A DNA stretch of 64,000 nt from NCBI RefSeq assembly GCF_016595525.1, contig NZ_JAENII010000011.1:101450-165449 (forward strand). The letters are read 5' to 3'. Of this stretch, positions 10,252-19,703 are shown piece after piece; position 1 is the stretch's first letter, and every line of letters starts with the position of its first letter. The notes beneath the pieces were generated by a model. The model was not told the origin of the DNA, searched no databases, and was given only the letters and a program-made list of their open reading frames with translations. A program made the position numbers and the translations under genes. This DNA is from Haloferula rosea. Lineage in GTDB: Bacteria > Verrucomicrobiota > Verrucomicrobiia > Verrucomicrobiales > Akkermansiaceae.

Positions 10252-12702
10252 ATGAGAAACAAGATAACCACCCGTCCAAGCACGTGCTTGCAGCTACTTG
10301 CCTCGCCGTGCCTCGCCCTCGCCCTGCACGCGCAGGACGAAGCCCCACCCGTCTTCGAACCCCAACCCGATTTCTATCAAGTCGTCTCAGGACAAGCCAA
10401 CCGCTTGAATCCGAGGTCCGGAGGCTACACCCCCTTGGGGGTAAAAACGGAGTCCTACAATGCCGCCGGCTACAACCCGCTCGATGGCTACGTGTATGCA
10501 TGGGGGCGATACGCTCCCTACAAGGACAAGCTCATCCGCATTCATGGCGACGGTAGCTACCGCATCATTGGCACGCCCGTCCCGAACGCGGATGCCTCCC
10601 CGGAGACCGGCTACTATGCAGCCGACATGGACCACGACGGAAACCTCTGGGTGCGTTCCAACAAGCTCGACTCAGGTTCGGCCCTGATCCGCATCAACGT
10701 GGAAACCAACCGCTACGACATCATTCGTTTCAGCGGCGCATCAGCCGGTGGTGTCGCGGATCTCGTCTACCTGAAGATCGACGGCCGACCCTATTTCTTC
10801 GGTGCAAGGCATCAACGCCTCTTTATCTGGGACGTTGAGGCACGCACCGTCAGCCGAGTCAATGTGGCCAACCTCCCGGAAGGACGAACCACCTATGGCG
10901 CCGCGTACACAGACAAGGACGGCTCTCTCTTCGTCTCGAGCAACAAGGGTGGAGTGTATCAGATCCTCAACTTCACGAAATACAACCCGCGGGCTGTCTA
11001 CCTCCTCGACAGCGCCGTCACGAACAACAATGACGGCTGGAGCATCCCGGAGCAGGCCTCGCCCATCATCGTCCCGGAGAACCAGCCCCCGGCCATCACG
11101 CTCGGGGACTCCGCCACCACCGATCTGCCTGGTGCCAGCGTCAACATCGCGCTTACCATCACCGATGAGGGACTGCCCCTCGAGGGAGACGGCCTGACCA
11201 TTCAGTGGACTCAGGAGAGCGGTCCCGGAGAAGCGAAGTTCTCCCGCAACCACCGGGCAACCACCGACGTCACCTTCACCAAGAACGGCGACTACGTGAT
11301 CCGTGCGACCGCTGACGATGGCGAATACCAGGTCAGCGAGGACTTCAACGTGACGGTGACTAATGATGATGTCTCAAAGATCACCACCTACGCGGTTTCC
11401 GAGGATGCCTACCGGCAGGCTCGCCAGCTGTGGGCTCAGGTAAAGGAACAGCTCCACTGTCGAAATGAAGGTACCCCGCTCGAGACCGAAAAGCTGGGAT
11501 TCAATCCAGAGGACTTCCACCTCCAGGAGGATTCGGAAGTGCTCGTCACCCTGATCTACGACGGCGGGACCAACCGGAACACCCTGGGGTGGCATGATGC
11601 CTCCAATCCCGACCTCAAAACGACGATCTGGCAGGACGCCTCCACCGGCCCGAACCTGCCTCTGCGCCAAGGGGCTCGTGCAAGCCTTGGCGTTCTCCCC
11701 GCGGGCACCGATCTGCGCTTCCACCTGATTCAGGATGGAGCACGTGGTGGCTCACTGATGCTCTATCAGGACGCCTACCTCAACCCGGGCTCCATGGAGC
11801 ATGTCGCCGCACGCCTGTTCACCGGCGTTACCGAGGACCGCCCCCTCATCCTTGCCTTTGAAGACTGGGAACTGGGATACACCGACCTCGACTACAACGA
11901 TGTGATCTTTCAGATCGAATTTCGTCCCGTATCACTCGGCACCACCCAGTATGACAATGTCATTCCCGGAATCTCCGGCATTCACTCGAACCGAGAAGCA
12001 CGCGGAGTCGAGCGGCATCTGCGGAATCTAGGTATCGCCCGAGCGAGCTTCGAACATGTCGGCCAGCTCTACCAGCTGCCAAACCATCCGATCCAAGTCA
12101 CCATGATCGAAGACCGGAGCTCGATGAAGTTCGATCTCTGTGTCTATGACCACGGAAAACTCGACCACCTGGACCCGTCCTCTCTCGAATACCGCAAGAA
12201 GGCCGCGGAGAGCGCCATCTCCATCATGGACGACCGACTCTGCAACATCGGATCGGTTACCACAATGGATCCAGTGGCATTGGGACTGTCCGGCAAGACT
12301 GTCGGCTTCTTCATCGTGCCGAACAACACCCGAAGTACCTTCCTGAGGAACCCATGGCGCTACACGCCAAAGGGTCAGGGCGAGCGCACCAAACGCCAGC
12401 CACTGTTCACACTCAATGGTGCCAATGCCGGGAACCGGGACCAGTTCCTCAGTTTCGTCGGCAACTCAGGCACCGTCTTCGCCATCGAGGACCACAGCCG
12501 CTACGAAGATGAGGCTCTTCCTGAGGATGGGGCCGTGAGCGACAACACCTTTGATGACATCATCATCCACTTCGACACCGTCCTTGAGACCACCGGCGGT
12601 TTCCACGAGGACTACCGAATCGGCTCGCCGGACCCGACAACGGGATTCATTGAAGACGACGGCCATCTCCCTCGTGAGGACGATGTCGAGTGCTGCTACT
12701 GA
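10252..12702 (+). CDS. Large secreted protein (signal peptide; putative beta-propeller-like N-region, PKD/Ig-like middle domain, C-terminal DUF4114-like D-x-DYND modules)
   Basis: The track ORF 9934..12702 was trimmed to MRNKITTRPSTCLQLLASPCLALALHAQDE (signal peptide, ATG about 10252). The middle segment NQPPAITLGDSATTDLPGASVNIALTITDEGLPLEGDGLTIQWTQESGP...VTFTKNGDYVIRATADDGEY is PKD-like. ELGYTDLDYNDVIFQIEF and TFDDIIIHFD resemble DUF4114. Its function is unknown. Confidence 0.5.
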   Translation: MRNKITTRPSTCLQLLASPCLALALHAQDEAPPVFEPQPDFYQVVSGQANRLNPRSGGYTPLGVKTESYNAAGYNPLDGYVYAWGRYAPYKDKLIRIHGDGSYRIIGTPVPNADASPETGYYAADMDHDGNLWVRSNKLDSGSALIRINVETNRYDIIRFSGASAGGVADLVYLKIDGRPYFFGARHQRLFIWDVEARTVSRVNVANLPEGRTTYGAAYTDKDGSLFVSSNKGGVYQILNFTKYNPRAVYLLDSAVTNNNDGWSIPEQASPIIVPENQPPAITLGDSATTDLPGASVNIALTITDEGLPLEGDGLTIQWTQESGPGEAKFSRNHRATTDVTFTKNGDYVIRATADDGEYQVSEDFNVTVTNDDVSKITTYAVSEDAYRQARQLWAQVKEQLHCRNEGTPLETEKLGFNPEDFHLQEDSEVLVTLIYDGGTNRNTLGWHDASNPDLKTTIWQDASTGPNLPLRQGARASLGVLPAGTDLRFHLIQDGARGGSLMLYQDAYLNPGSMEHVAARLFTGVTEDRPLILAFEDWELGYTDLDYNDVIFQIEFRPVSLGTTQYDNVIPGISGIHSNREARGVERHLRNLGIARASFEHVGQLYQLPNHPIQVTMIEDRSSMKFDLCVYDHGKLDHLDPSSLEYRKKAAESAISIMDDRLCNIGSVTTMDPVALGLSGKTVGFFIVPNNTRSTFLRNPWRYTPKGQGERTKRQPLFTLNGANAGNRDQFLSFVGNSGTVFAIEDHSRYEDEALPEDGAVSDNTFDDIIIHFDTVLETTGGFHEDYRIGSPDPTTGFIEDDGHLPREDDVECCY

Positions 12703-12778
12703 GACCCTCGTAGCCAGCCAAGCAAAGGCCGGTTGCCCACCTTCAGGCGGGTGACCGGCTTCTCGCTTTGCACGAGCA

Positions 12779-13150
12779 GTGTCATCGACCACACTGTGGC
12801 GGATGGAAGCCATCGACCTCCCGCATATCGAATCCCTTGGCGGCTTGAGCAGCCCGGAGCTTGTCGAGATCCTTCAGGATTTTGTCGACGGCCTTGATCA
12901 ACAAGCGGCGGCACTCGGATCCCTAATCAATGAGGGGAACCGCCAAGGCCTGCGGGAAGCCGCACACCGACTCAAAGGTGCGGCGCAGATGGCTGGCTTC
13001 CCCGCTGTGGCACGGATCGCTGAGGAACTCGAGACCAGCGCCCGGGATGGCGACACCTTGCCCGAGCAACCCGCCATGCAGAGCCGCCTTAGTCACATCG
13101 CACAGGAAGCGATCTCTTCCTGGAACCACGCCCTTCAGTCGAAGGCCTGA
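12779..13150 (+). CDS. Histidine phosphotransfer (Hpt) domain protein, LuxU-like
   Basis: The 123-aa helical protein carries the Hpt signature AAHRLKGAAQMAGF (phospho-accepting His in the HxxKG context). There is no other domain. The start may be the internal Met MEAIDLPH at about 12803. Confidence 0.65.
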   Translation: MSSTTLWRMEAIDLPHIESLGGLSSPELVEILQDFVDGLDQQAAALGSLINEGNRQGLREAAHRLKGAAQMAGFPAVARIAEELETSARDGDTLPEQPAMQSRLSHIAQEAISSWNHALQSKA

Positions 13151-13330
13151 AACCAGCCTACGGGCTAGAAACCCGGTTGGCGCCGACGCTGAACCATCCG
13201 AATGGCAAGGCTGCAATGGGCAGAGGAACTACGTGATCACGTATTTGACTTGGAATTCCATAAATGCTTAGTTTTCCGTCGTAGCAGATGGGAGTCCCCG
13301 GCCCTTCGACAAGCTGAGGAAATTCCGTAC

Positions 13331-13735
13331 ATGAAATTGCGCAGAAAACCCACCCGCTGGACTCGACCAAAAGGTCTTACCTTGATCGAACTGACCGTCG
13401 TCATCCTTGTCCTCCTCGCGCTGATCAGCGTGCTTTTCATTGGAGGTCGCGCATGGAAACGCGGATCCGACCGGGCTGGATGCATCATGAACATCCGGAA
13501 CGCACAGCAAGCTGTCCGATCCTACCAGAATCTGAGGGGACTCAACGACGGGGTGGCATTCGACTTTGGGGTGGATGTCGTGGGTCCCGGAAACTTCATC
13601 GAAACCTATCCAAGTTGTCCCGGCTACGGCACCTACACCCCGTCACCGACCATCCCCAATCTGGGCACACTCGCGATCACCTGCTCACTGGCAGGGTCTG
13701 AGGACCATGTCCCGGAGGACTACTCGGGCTGGTAA
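13331..13735 (+). CDS. Prepilin-type N-terminal cleavage/methylation domain protein (pseudopilin-like)
   Basis: The track ORF 13202..13735 was trimmed to MKLRRKPTRWTRPKGLTLIELTVVILVLLALISVLFIGG. This is the canonical G|LTLIE prepilin leader with Glu at +5 and a hydrophobic helix. The printed sequence and the track differ by 1 nt here. Confidence 0.7.
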   Translation: MKLRRKPTRWTRPKGLTLIELTVVILVLLALISVLFIGGRAWKRGSDRAGCIMNIRNAQQAVRSYQNLRGLNDGVAFDFGVDVVGPGNFIETYPSCPGYGTYTPSPTIPNLGTLAITCSLAGSEDHVPEDYSGW

Positions 13736-13744
13736 AGGTCGAGG

Positions 13745-15067
13745 TCAGAACGAAACCCGGGCGCCGGTGTGCCAGATCCAGGCGTCGGTCTCGAATCCGC
13801 CGCCGGCTTCATCCTTCATCAGGGCATACTCCACACCATTCAGCAGGACCATCTTGTCCTGGTACACATGGAGGTTTGCCCCGAGGTAGAATGAATGGAA
13901 CTCGTCTCCAATGAAGACCGGCGAGGCATCATAGAACGGATCACTCCCCGCACCCAGGCCACCCACCAAACCGCCCGCCTGGTCGGTATCCGCGTAGTGG
14001 TAACGCCCCACCACCTGCAGCGTACCCGGAATGGCCCAGTAGCTCGGTGTCAACGTCATGCCCCAGGCATTCAGATCACCGTTCGCCAGCTGGAAGTCAC
14101 CCTCAAAGGCAAACCGATCCGCCTCAAGCTCCACACCGGTGGAGACCATGTGACGGAAGGCCGGATTCCGGTTGATCCGCTGTGCTCCGTTCGAAGCAAG
14201 CCGACCCGCCATCTGATAACGCGGAATCGAACGGCTCTCGTCCCCGTCCATGTTGTAGATGTAATCCAGATGCCAGCGCGTGCGCATCGCGCTTCCATCC
14301 TCAAGCCGCTCCGCGGACTCATAGGCCAGATTGGCCACCAGGAAGCCATTTCCCTGGATGCCCGGGATATACCGGTCCTGCGCACCCGAGAACCAACCCA
14401 GCCCCCAATCCCATGGCGCGCAATCCTGGGAGAAGGTCACGCCCAAGGTGCTCGCAGGCATCAACATGCTGCTCAGCAAACTGCGCTCCGGCGTCAACAA
14501 CTCCTGAGGGTCCTTCGACTGCTCAATCCCGAACGTTGGCCGGAACTTACCGTAGTCGACGTAGTGGTTCGGCATCACCCGGGTCCGCCCCTTCAACCGC
14601 TCGATGCGCTGGAAGTTCGCATCTCCCGCGAACTCACCCACCGCCTCCAACTCGGTATTGCCGAAAATCTTCATTCGTGCCCCAAGCCGTGCACGACGGG
14701 TTCTCGTGGTGTCGAGGTTCACATTCGGCGCACCCTCCACCTCCGCCGTCCCCCAAGAGCCGCTCCAGTGAAACATTCCCATCACCGCCAACTGCTGCAC
14801 CCAGGGGTTCGTCTCGTCCTCAAACAAGACGGCCCGTGACCAGACATCATCCAGCACCGGACTTTCCTGCCATGTCGGCGGGACGAAAACCGCAGGCTTC
14901 TCCTCCAGCAGCTCGTCCTCTTCCCCTTCAGGGGCAGGAGGCAACTGGATCTCACTGACATCCTTGTTGCCTTCGAGAATGTCGAGAGCCTCGTTGGCCG
15001 CGGCCTTCCCACCAAGCGAGCATACGCATGCTCCCGTCAAAATCAGAATTGTTCTCATCCGTATCAA
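13745..15067 (-). CDS. Putative outer-membrane beta-barrel porin (signal peptide, acidic linker, C-terminal aromatic residue)
   Basis: MIRMRTILILTGACVCSLGGKAAANE signal peptide, alternating amphipathic beta-strand character, and a terminal ...WHTGARVSF. It starts immediately after the stop of the TPR gene and is the last gene of the TonB2-type operon. The family was not identified. Confidence 0.45.
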   Translation of the reverse strand: MIRMRTILILTGACVCSLGGKAAANEALDILEGNKDVSEIQLPPAPEGEEDELLEEKPAVFVPPTWQESPVLDDVWSRAVLFEDETNPWVQQLAVMGMFHWSGSWGTAEVEGAPNVNLDTTRTRRARLGARMKIFGNTELEAVGEFAGDANFQRIERLKGRTRVMPNHYVDYGKFRPTFGIEQSKDPQELLTPERSLLSSMLMPASTLGVTFSQDCAPWDWGLGWFSGAQDRYIPGIQGNGFLVANLAYESAERLEDGSAMRTRWHLDYIYNMDGDESRSIPRYQMAGRLASNGAQRINRNPAFRHMVSTGVELEADRFAFEGDFQLANGDLNAWGMTLTPSYWAIPGTLQVVGRYHYADTDQAGGLVGGLGAGSDPFYDASPVFIGDEFHSFYLGANLHVYQDKMVLLNGVEYALMKDEAGGGFETDAWIWHTGARVSF

Positions 15068-16594
15068 TCAGTTGGTTTTCCCTGCTTCTTCAGCCTTGGC
15101 AGCCTCCTTGGCGGCACGCTCTTCAGCTTCGCGCTCCTCGCGTTGCTGCTGCCTGTCAGCGGCGCGTTGTACCTTGCCGACATATCCCTTCAGATTCTCG
15201 CTGGGTTTGATCTCCAGAGCCCGCTGCAGGTGAGGCATCGCCTTCACGTACTGGAGTTCCCTAACAAACAATTGCCCAAGGGCGAGACTCGCTCCATACG
15301 AGACTCCCTCATCATGATTCCCGGATGCCAGCTGAAGCCGCGTCTTCGCTTCCATCAGCAGTTCGCCCTTCTTCTTCTCATCCTCTTCCAGCTTCGCCAT
15401 CGAATCGTAGTGACGCCCCAGTTCAAGCAGGACCTCGCCATTTGAAGGGTCACCATCCGCAAGCACCTCAAGCAACCGGCCCACGCGCTCCATCTCGCCT
15501 GCCGTCCGGGCAATCTGAACTTCCACCAGATCCAGGTCAGTCTTCTCTTCCGCACTCAAGCCAGCTCCCGCACGCGATCGAAGTTTCTCGACGAATGCCT
15601 CCGCCTTCTCCGGATACCCATAATCGTTGAGAATCTTCGCCGACTTGAGCGTTCGTGCGATGTCGAGTTTCTCACTCTTGTCCATCGCTGCAAGGTAGGC
15701 AAACAAGGCCAACTGAGGCTCCCCCTGATCCATATAAAGGTTACCCAGCAGATTCAGTTCAGCCTCTCCCGCCAGCCCCTTCATGCGCAGCACTTCGAGA
15801 TTCACTGCCGCCTCCATCTTCCGTTCCTGTCCAAGCAACGCATTCGTCTGCTGCAGCCACAGCTGACTGTCTTCGGGATACGCTTCGATCAAGGTATCAA
15901 GCAATGCCGTCGCTTCAGCCAATTTCTCCTGCTGCAGGAGTGCTTGAGCAAGACCCAGCTTCCAATCGCGGGACTCAGGATCCAGCAGATACGCCTGCCG
16001 GTAGGCATTCTCCGCAGCGAGGGCGTTCTTCTTGAGAAGATAGCAGTATCCCAGAAGCCCGAACACCCGGGGATTCCCCTCGCCCAATGAAACCGCCTCT
16101 TGGAAATGGCGCATCGCCTTGTCGAACTCCTCCTTCGAAATGTAGAGGTAGCCAAGATTCACGTGGGCCCGACGGAACTTCGGAAACCGCCGAATCGCCT
16201 CCAGAAACGCTCGACGCGCCTCATCCGTCCGCTCCGCGGAAAAATACAGATTGCCGAGCACGAATACCATGGCCGCACTGATCTCACGTGGCTGCTTCTC
16301 CGGATCACTTGGAGCTTCCGTTTCCTTGATGAATCTCACCAACTGCTGCTCCGCAGCAGAGAACTGATTCTTCTCAAACAACTCCCGGATCTTCACCAGC
16401 TCCCGACCTTCCGCCGCACTCACCTTCGGTTCGATCTCCGAGTGAAACCCATAACTCCCGACGAACTCTCGAATGAAGGTCGGGTCACGGAAGAGATTAC
16501 TCGGTGGAATGATGCGATCGGCAGCAGCCGGCATGAGCGATGCACAGAACAATAGGAGTTGGAGGAACGGGCGCATGGGATATCTGAACTTCAT
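15068..16594 (-). CDS. TPR-repeat protein, TtpD-like accessory protein of TonB2-type systems
   Basis: The track ORF was trimmed to MKFRYPMRPFLQLLLFCASLMPAAADR (signal peptide). Its start overlaps the TonB stop by 4 nt (ATGA at 16591-16594, confirmed in the printed sequence). It has multiple 34-residue TPR-like helical repeats and a Lys/Glu-rich C-terminus. Confidence 0.65.
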   Translation of the reverse strand: MKFRYPMRPFLQLLLFCASLMPAAADRIIPPSNLFRDPTFIREFVGSYGFHSEIEPKVSAAEGRELVKIRELFEKNQFSAAEQQLVRFIKETEAPSDPEKQPREISAAMVFVLGNLYFSAERTDEARRAFLEAIRRFPKFRRAHVNLGYLYISKEEFDKAMRHFQEAVSLGEGNPRVFGLLGYCYLLKKNALAAENAYRQAYLLDPESRDWKLGLAQALLQQEKLAEATALLDTLIEAYPEDSQLWLQQTNALLGQERKMEAAVNLEVLRMKGLAGEAELNLLGNLYMDQGEPQLALFAYLAAMDKSEKLDIARTLKSAKILNDYGYPEKAEAFVEKLRSRAGAGLSAEEKTDLDLVEVQIARTAGEMERVGRLLEVLADGDPSNGEVLLELGRHYDSMAKLEEDEKKKGELLMEAKTRLQLASGNHDEGVSYGASLALGQLFVRELQYVKAMPHLQRALEIKPSENLKGYVGKVQRAADRQQQREEREAEERAAKEAAKAEEAGKTN

Positions 16595-17244
16595 CGTTTC
16601 ACTTCGAAATTGAATGGCACCAACGCGGTGGCCTTGACCTTCTTGCCGCCTCGAACGGCCGGCTTGAACTTCCACTTGCGGACGGCCTTCAAGGCCGCAC
16701 CATCGAGTTCCCCGTTGCCCGACGACTGGCGGATCTTGGCAGACGTCACACCGCCATTGGCGTCCACCATGACCGCGCATACCACCTTGCCGCCGACTCC
16801 CTTGCTGAGGAGCTTGTTCGGATAGACGGGCTGGGACTTCGAAAACGGCTGAGGCGGACTGTCCATCCCACCCGCACCGAACGGGTCATCGCCTCCTCCC
16901 ATCGCGAACTTCGGGATCTCCACCACAAATGCCCCACCCGTCCCGACACTCAGATCCCCGAGATCCATGCCAAGATCCAGATTCGGCTGTTCATCCATCG
17001 GCTCCTCCGGTGGCTCCTCTTCGGTCTCTTCCGGTGGCGGCGGCTCGTCCAGCTCCGCGAACTCCGGGGGCTCGATCTCGAGCTCAGGGGGAGGGGCGGA
17101 GGTCGGACTCGTCATGTCCGACAACTTCTGCGAGAGAGGGATCGCCACGAATACCGCGATGGTTGCCACGAGACCACCGAGGATCGCAAAGATCCCGGTG
17201 TAGCGCCCCCGAGGCGGTCGATAGACGTGGAGTTCCTTCTTCAC
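16591..17244 (-). CDS. tonB: Energy transducer TonB (N-terminal anchor, Pro/Glu-rich spacer, C-terminal TonB domain)
   Basis: MKKELHVYRPPRGRYTGIFAILGGLVATIAVFVAI (signal anchor), PPPELEIEPPEFAELDEPPPPEETEEEPPEEP (proline-rich rigid spacer), and a C-terminal ...GKVVCAVMVDANGGVTSAKIRQSSGNGELDGAALKAVRKWKFKPA... TonB_C fold. Confidence 0.8.
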   Translation of the reverse strand: MKKELHVYRPPRGRYTGIFAILGGLVATIAVFVAIPLSQKLSDMTSPTSAPPPELEIEPPEFAELDEPPPPEETEEEPPEEPMDEQPNLDLGMDLGDLSVGTGGAFVVEIPKFAMGGGDDPFGAGGMDSPPQPFSKSQPVYPNKLLSKGVGGKVVCAVMVDANGGVTSAKIRQSSGNGELDGAALKAVRKWKFKPAVRGGKKVKATALVPFNFEVKR

Positions 17245-17655
17245 CTACTTCGTGGAGATCGAGATCTTGTCCTTTTGCGCCCCGGCGAGCATCGCCTGCC
17301 CATGGACCTTCTGGACGGTTCCGTGGGATGATTCCTGATCGCCCTGGATGATCACCGGCATGTCAGGCGTTTCGGTCAGCAGAGGCTTGATCTTCCCGAT
17401 CACACCCTGAATCCCGATGCTCTCACCACCGTAGAACACCTTGTCGTCCTTCGTCACCGCCAGGAGAATCGAGTTGCTGTCCAAGGCACTCGCTGCCGCA
17501 CCCACATCAGGCTTGTTCACCTCCACCCCCGTCTCCTCCACAAACACCGTCGAAACGATGAAGAAGATGAGCAGGATGAAGATGCAGTCGATCATCGGTG
17601 AGAGATCGACATGAACCTCTTCGTCGGCTTCTTCGCTGATACCGCGTCCAAACAT
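17245..17655 (-). CDS. exbD: Biopolymer transport protein ExbD/TolR
   Basis: The 136-aa protein has [20 protein letters not shown] (single TM, ExbD signature) and a periplasmic domain. Confidence 0.85.
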   Translation of the reverse strand: MFGRGISEEADEEVHVDLSPMIDCIFILLIFFIVSTVFVEETGVEVNKPDVGAAASALDSNSILLAVTKDDKVFYGGESIGIQGVIGKIKPLLTETPDMPVIIQGDQESSHGTVQKVHGQAMLAGAQKDKISISTK

Positions 17656-17666
17656 GAGAATCGTCG

Positions 17667-18263
17667 TTAGTTCTTGAATCGCTTCGTTACGATCATGCTC
17701 TCCAGTTGGGTGAGGGCCGCGGCCACACCATCCCGCTTCCCTTTCACCACCAGAGCGATGAACAAACCGGGCAAGGCGATGGTCAGCCCGGTCTGGGTTG
17801 TGATCAGGGCTTCCTGCATGCCACTCGCCACAGCTTGCATGCCTCCCGCTCCCTGCCCCTTGGAAAGTCCGGCGAACATCGCGAGCATCCCCATCACCGT
17901 CCCCAACAAACCAGCGAGTGGGGCGGCGGCGGTGAGTGTGTTCACCACCATCAGTCGCCGATCAATTGCCGACACCGCATTCAACCGGATCTCGTTGAAT
18001 CGCCTCTGAACGGTCTTGATCGTCAGGGTATCGCCATGAAGGACATAACGAATGGCTTCTCCCATCCGTCCCTCCGCCTGATCGGGATGCTTCAGCCAAG
18101 CTTCCCACTTCGCAGCATCCTTCTTGTTCAGATTGCCGTGGTTCACATAGGTCAATGCCGCGAAGGCCGTTGCGTAGAGAATGAATGCAACCCCGCCCAG
18201 CATGTACATGATCCCCCCTCCCGAAAGGAAGATCTGGAGCGCGTCTCGTAGGATACCCGGCAT
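17667..18263 (-). CDS. exbB: MotA/TolQ/ExbB proton-channel protein
   Basis: The 198-aa protein has 3 TM helices. [19 protein letters not shown] and [16 protein letters not shown] are the conserved ExbB/TolQ TM2/TM3 motifs. Confidence 0.85.
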   Translation of the reverse strand: MPGILRDALQIFLSGGGIMYMLGGVAFILYATAFAALTYVNHGNLNKKDAAKWEAWLKHPDQAEGRMGEAIRYVLHGDTLTIKTVQRRFNEIRLNAVSAIDRRLMVVNTLTAAAPLAGLLGTVMGMLAMFAGLSKGQGAGGMQAVASGMQEALITTQTGLTIALPGLFIALVVKGKRDGVAAALTQLESMIVTKRFKN

Positions 18264-18269
18264 GACTTA

Positions 18270-19703
18270 TCAGACAGGGTTGGCGATCAGTTCAGGATCC
18301 TCGTCGGGGGTATCATCCTCAGACACTGGGGCCGGGCTGCGACCCAACTCGGTTGTTCCGTTCATCAAGGCAATTGCCACACCTTCGACCTCACTGTATT
18401 TCCCCTTCGCTAGACTCTTCATCAACCCATGGAGAACGAGCACGGGGATTGCCACCACCAGACCCTCAGCCGTGGTGATCAGGGCTTCGGAAATGCCTTG
18501 CGTGAAGGCCTTCTGGTTACTGGAGCCATAGAGCGCCATGGCCTTGAAGGTCTTGATGATGCCCAGCACGGTTCCAAGCAGGCCCATCAAGGGCGCCGCG
18601 GCAGCCGTCAGGCCGAGGAAGGGCAGGAAGCGCTCCAACCGCGGCTTCACCACCACCAACTTCTCGAACATCGCCTCTTCCAGAACCCGGCGTTTGTCGT
18701 GGAAACGCTCCACCGCCACCTTCACCAGATCACCGGAAAGCCCACCGACACCCGATGCCTTGGCCATCGCCGCATCATTCCTGCCTTCCAACAAGTCATC
18801 GATGATCTCATTGATCAGGCGTCGGGATGGAACAGCGAAGCGAGTGATTTCCAACACCTTGAACAAGGTCAATCCCACCGCGATGAGCCCGAGACCCAGG
18901 ATGGCATAACCCACGATCCCCCCCTTGGCGATGGTCTCATCAAGGCTCTCCTCGGCCGCAAGCACCTGGACGGCCTTGCCCATCGTCGGATCCAGCGGCA
19001 GCTCACCCGTCATGTTCGCCACAGCATCGGAAATCATGCCTCCTTCCACCGTGGTCAAGCCGACCACGGTCGGAAGCTCGGTGCCGGTCGCCCCGAAAGT
19101 CGCGACTCCTTCGAAGTTTCCATCATCGGACTTCATGTAAACCGATGGTCCCATGACCAACAGCTTGCCCCGGATTGCCTCGGTGCCATTGCGAAGGCCT
19201 TCGCCCTCGAACTGATGGCCACCGATCACCGCCTCCAAGCGGGCCAGACCCACCTCCGCCGCCACCAGACGCTCCTTCAGTTCCGTGGCCTGGTCGTCAG
19301 CAGACGCACCGGCCTTCGCGGTCGCGTCATCCAGTCTCGACTTGTACAGTTGGTTCTCCGCCGGGTGCAGACGGGTCAACATCGCACCGCTGTAGTTGTT
19401 CAGCACCCCCACCGCATAGTTGAACTCCGCCTCGCGCCCCTCGATCTCACGAGTGAGTGCAAGACGACTTGAGTTTCTCCGCTGCGCGGCCTTCTCCAGT
19501 GTGCGCAGTTCCCGCCCAAGCTCCAGCGCCTGATCATCGAGCGTGTTGATTTCCCGATACAAGGCACGCCGCATGGCGGTGTATTCCGCTCTGGTTTCCT
19601 CAAGCTCCTTGCGCGCATCGGCAAGTTGCTTCTCCGCCACCGTCTGGGCACCCAGACCGCCGAGCAGAACCACCGGAGCCAGCATTTGAATCACTCTTCT
19701 CAT
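18270..19703 (-). CDS. Long ExbB-like protein (TtpC-like): signal peptide + ~280-aa periplasmic coiled-coil domain + C-terminal MotA/TolQ/ExbB channel domain
   Basis: MRRVIQMLAPVVLLGGLGAQT signal peptide, a coiled-coil N-terminal region, and a C-terminal ...LTAAAAPLMGLLGTVLGIIKTF...LITTAEGLVVAIPVLVL. This is the same TM2/TM3 signature as ExbB. Confidence 0.75.
   Translation of the reverse strand: MRRVIQMLAPVVLLGGLGAQTVAEKQLADARKELEETRAEYTAMRRALYREINTLDDQALELGRELRTLEKAAQRRNSSRLALTREIEGREAEFNYAVGVLNNYSGAMLTRLHPAENQLYKSRLDDATAKAGASADDQATELKERLVAAEVGLARLEAVIGGHQFEGEGLRNGTEAIRGKLLVMGPSVYMKSDDGNFEGVATFGATGTELPTVVGLTTVEGGMISDAVANMTGELPLDPTMGKAVQVLAAEESLDETIAKGGIVGYAILGLGLIAVGLTLFKVLEITRFAVPSRRLINEIIDDLLEGRNDAAMAKASGVGGLSGDLVKVAVERFHDKRRVLEEAMFEKLVVVKPRLERFLPFLGLTAAAAPLMGLLGTVLGIIKTFKAMALYGSSNQKAFTQGISEALITTAEGLVVAIPVLVLHGLMKSLAKGKYSEVEGVAIALMNGTTELGRSPAPVSEDDTPDEDPELIANPV

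Noticed and set aside
12755-12774. Possible sigma-54 -24/-12 promoter (cGGcttctcgctttGCa) just upstream of the Hpt gene, which would put Hpt under the adjacent sigma-54 RR
   Set aside because: The GG-to-GC spacing is 11 nt rather than the strictly conserved 10, and the -24 box is CGGCTT rather than TGGCAC. This is too weak to call from sequence alone.
5607-13150. HK + Hpt + RR trio considered as a Detocs-like defensive two-component system
   Set aside because: The kinase is H-NOX-coupled with PAS domains. The RR is a full sigma-54 transcriptional activator with no nucleotide-degrading effector domain. The architecture matches NO-responsive LuxO/LuxU-type signalling instead.
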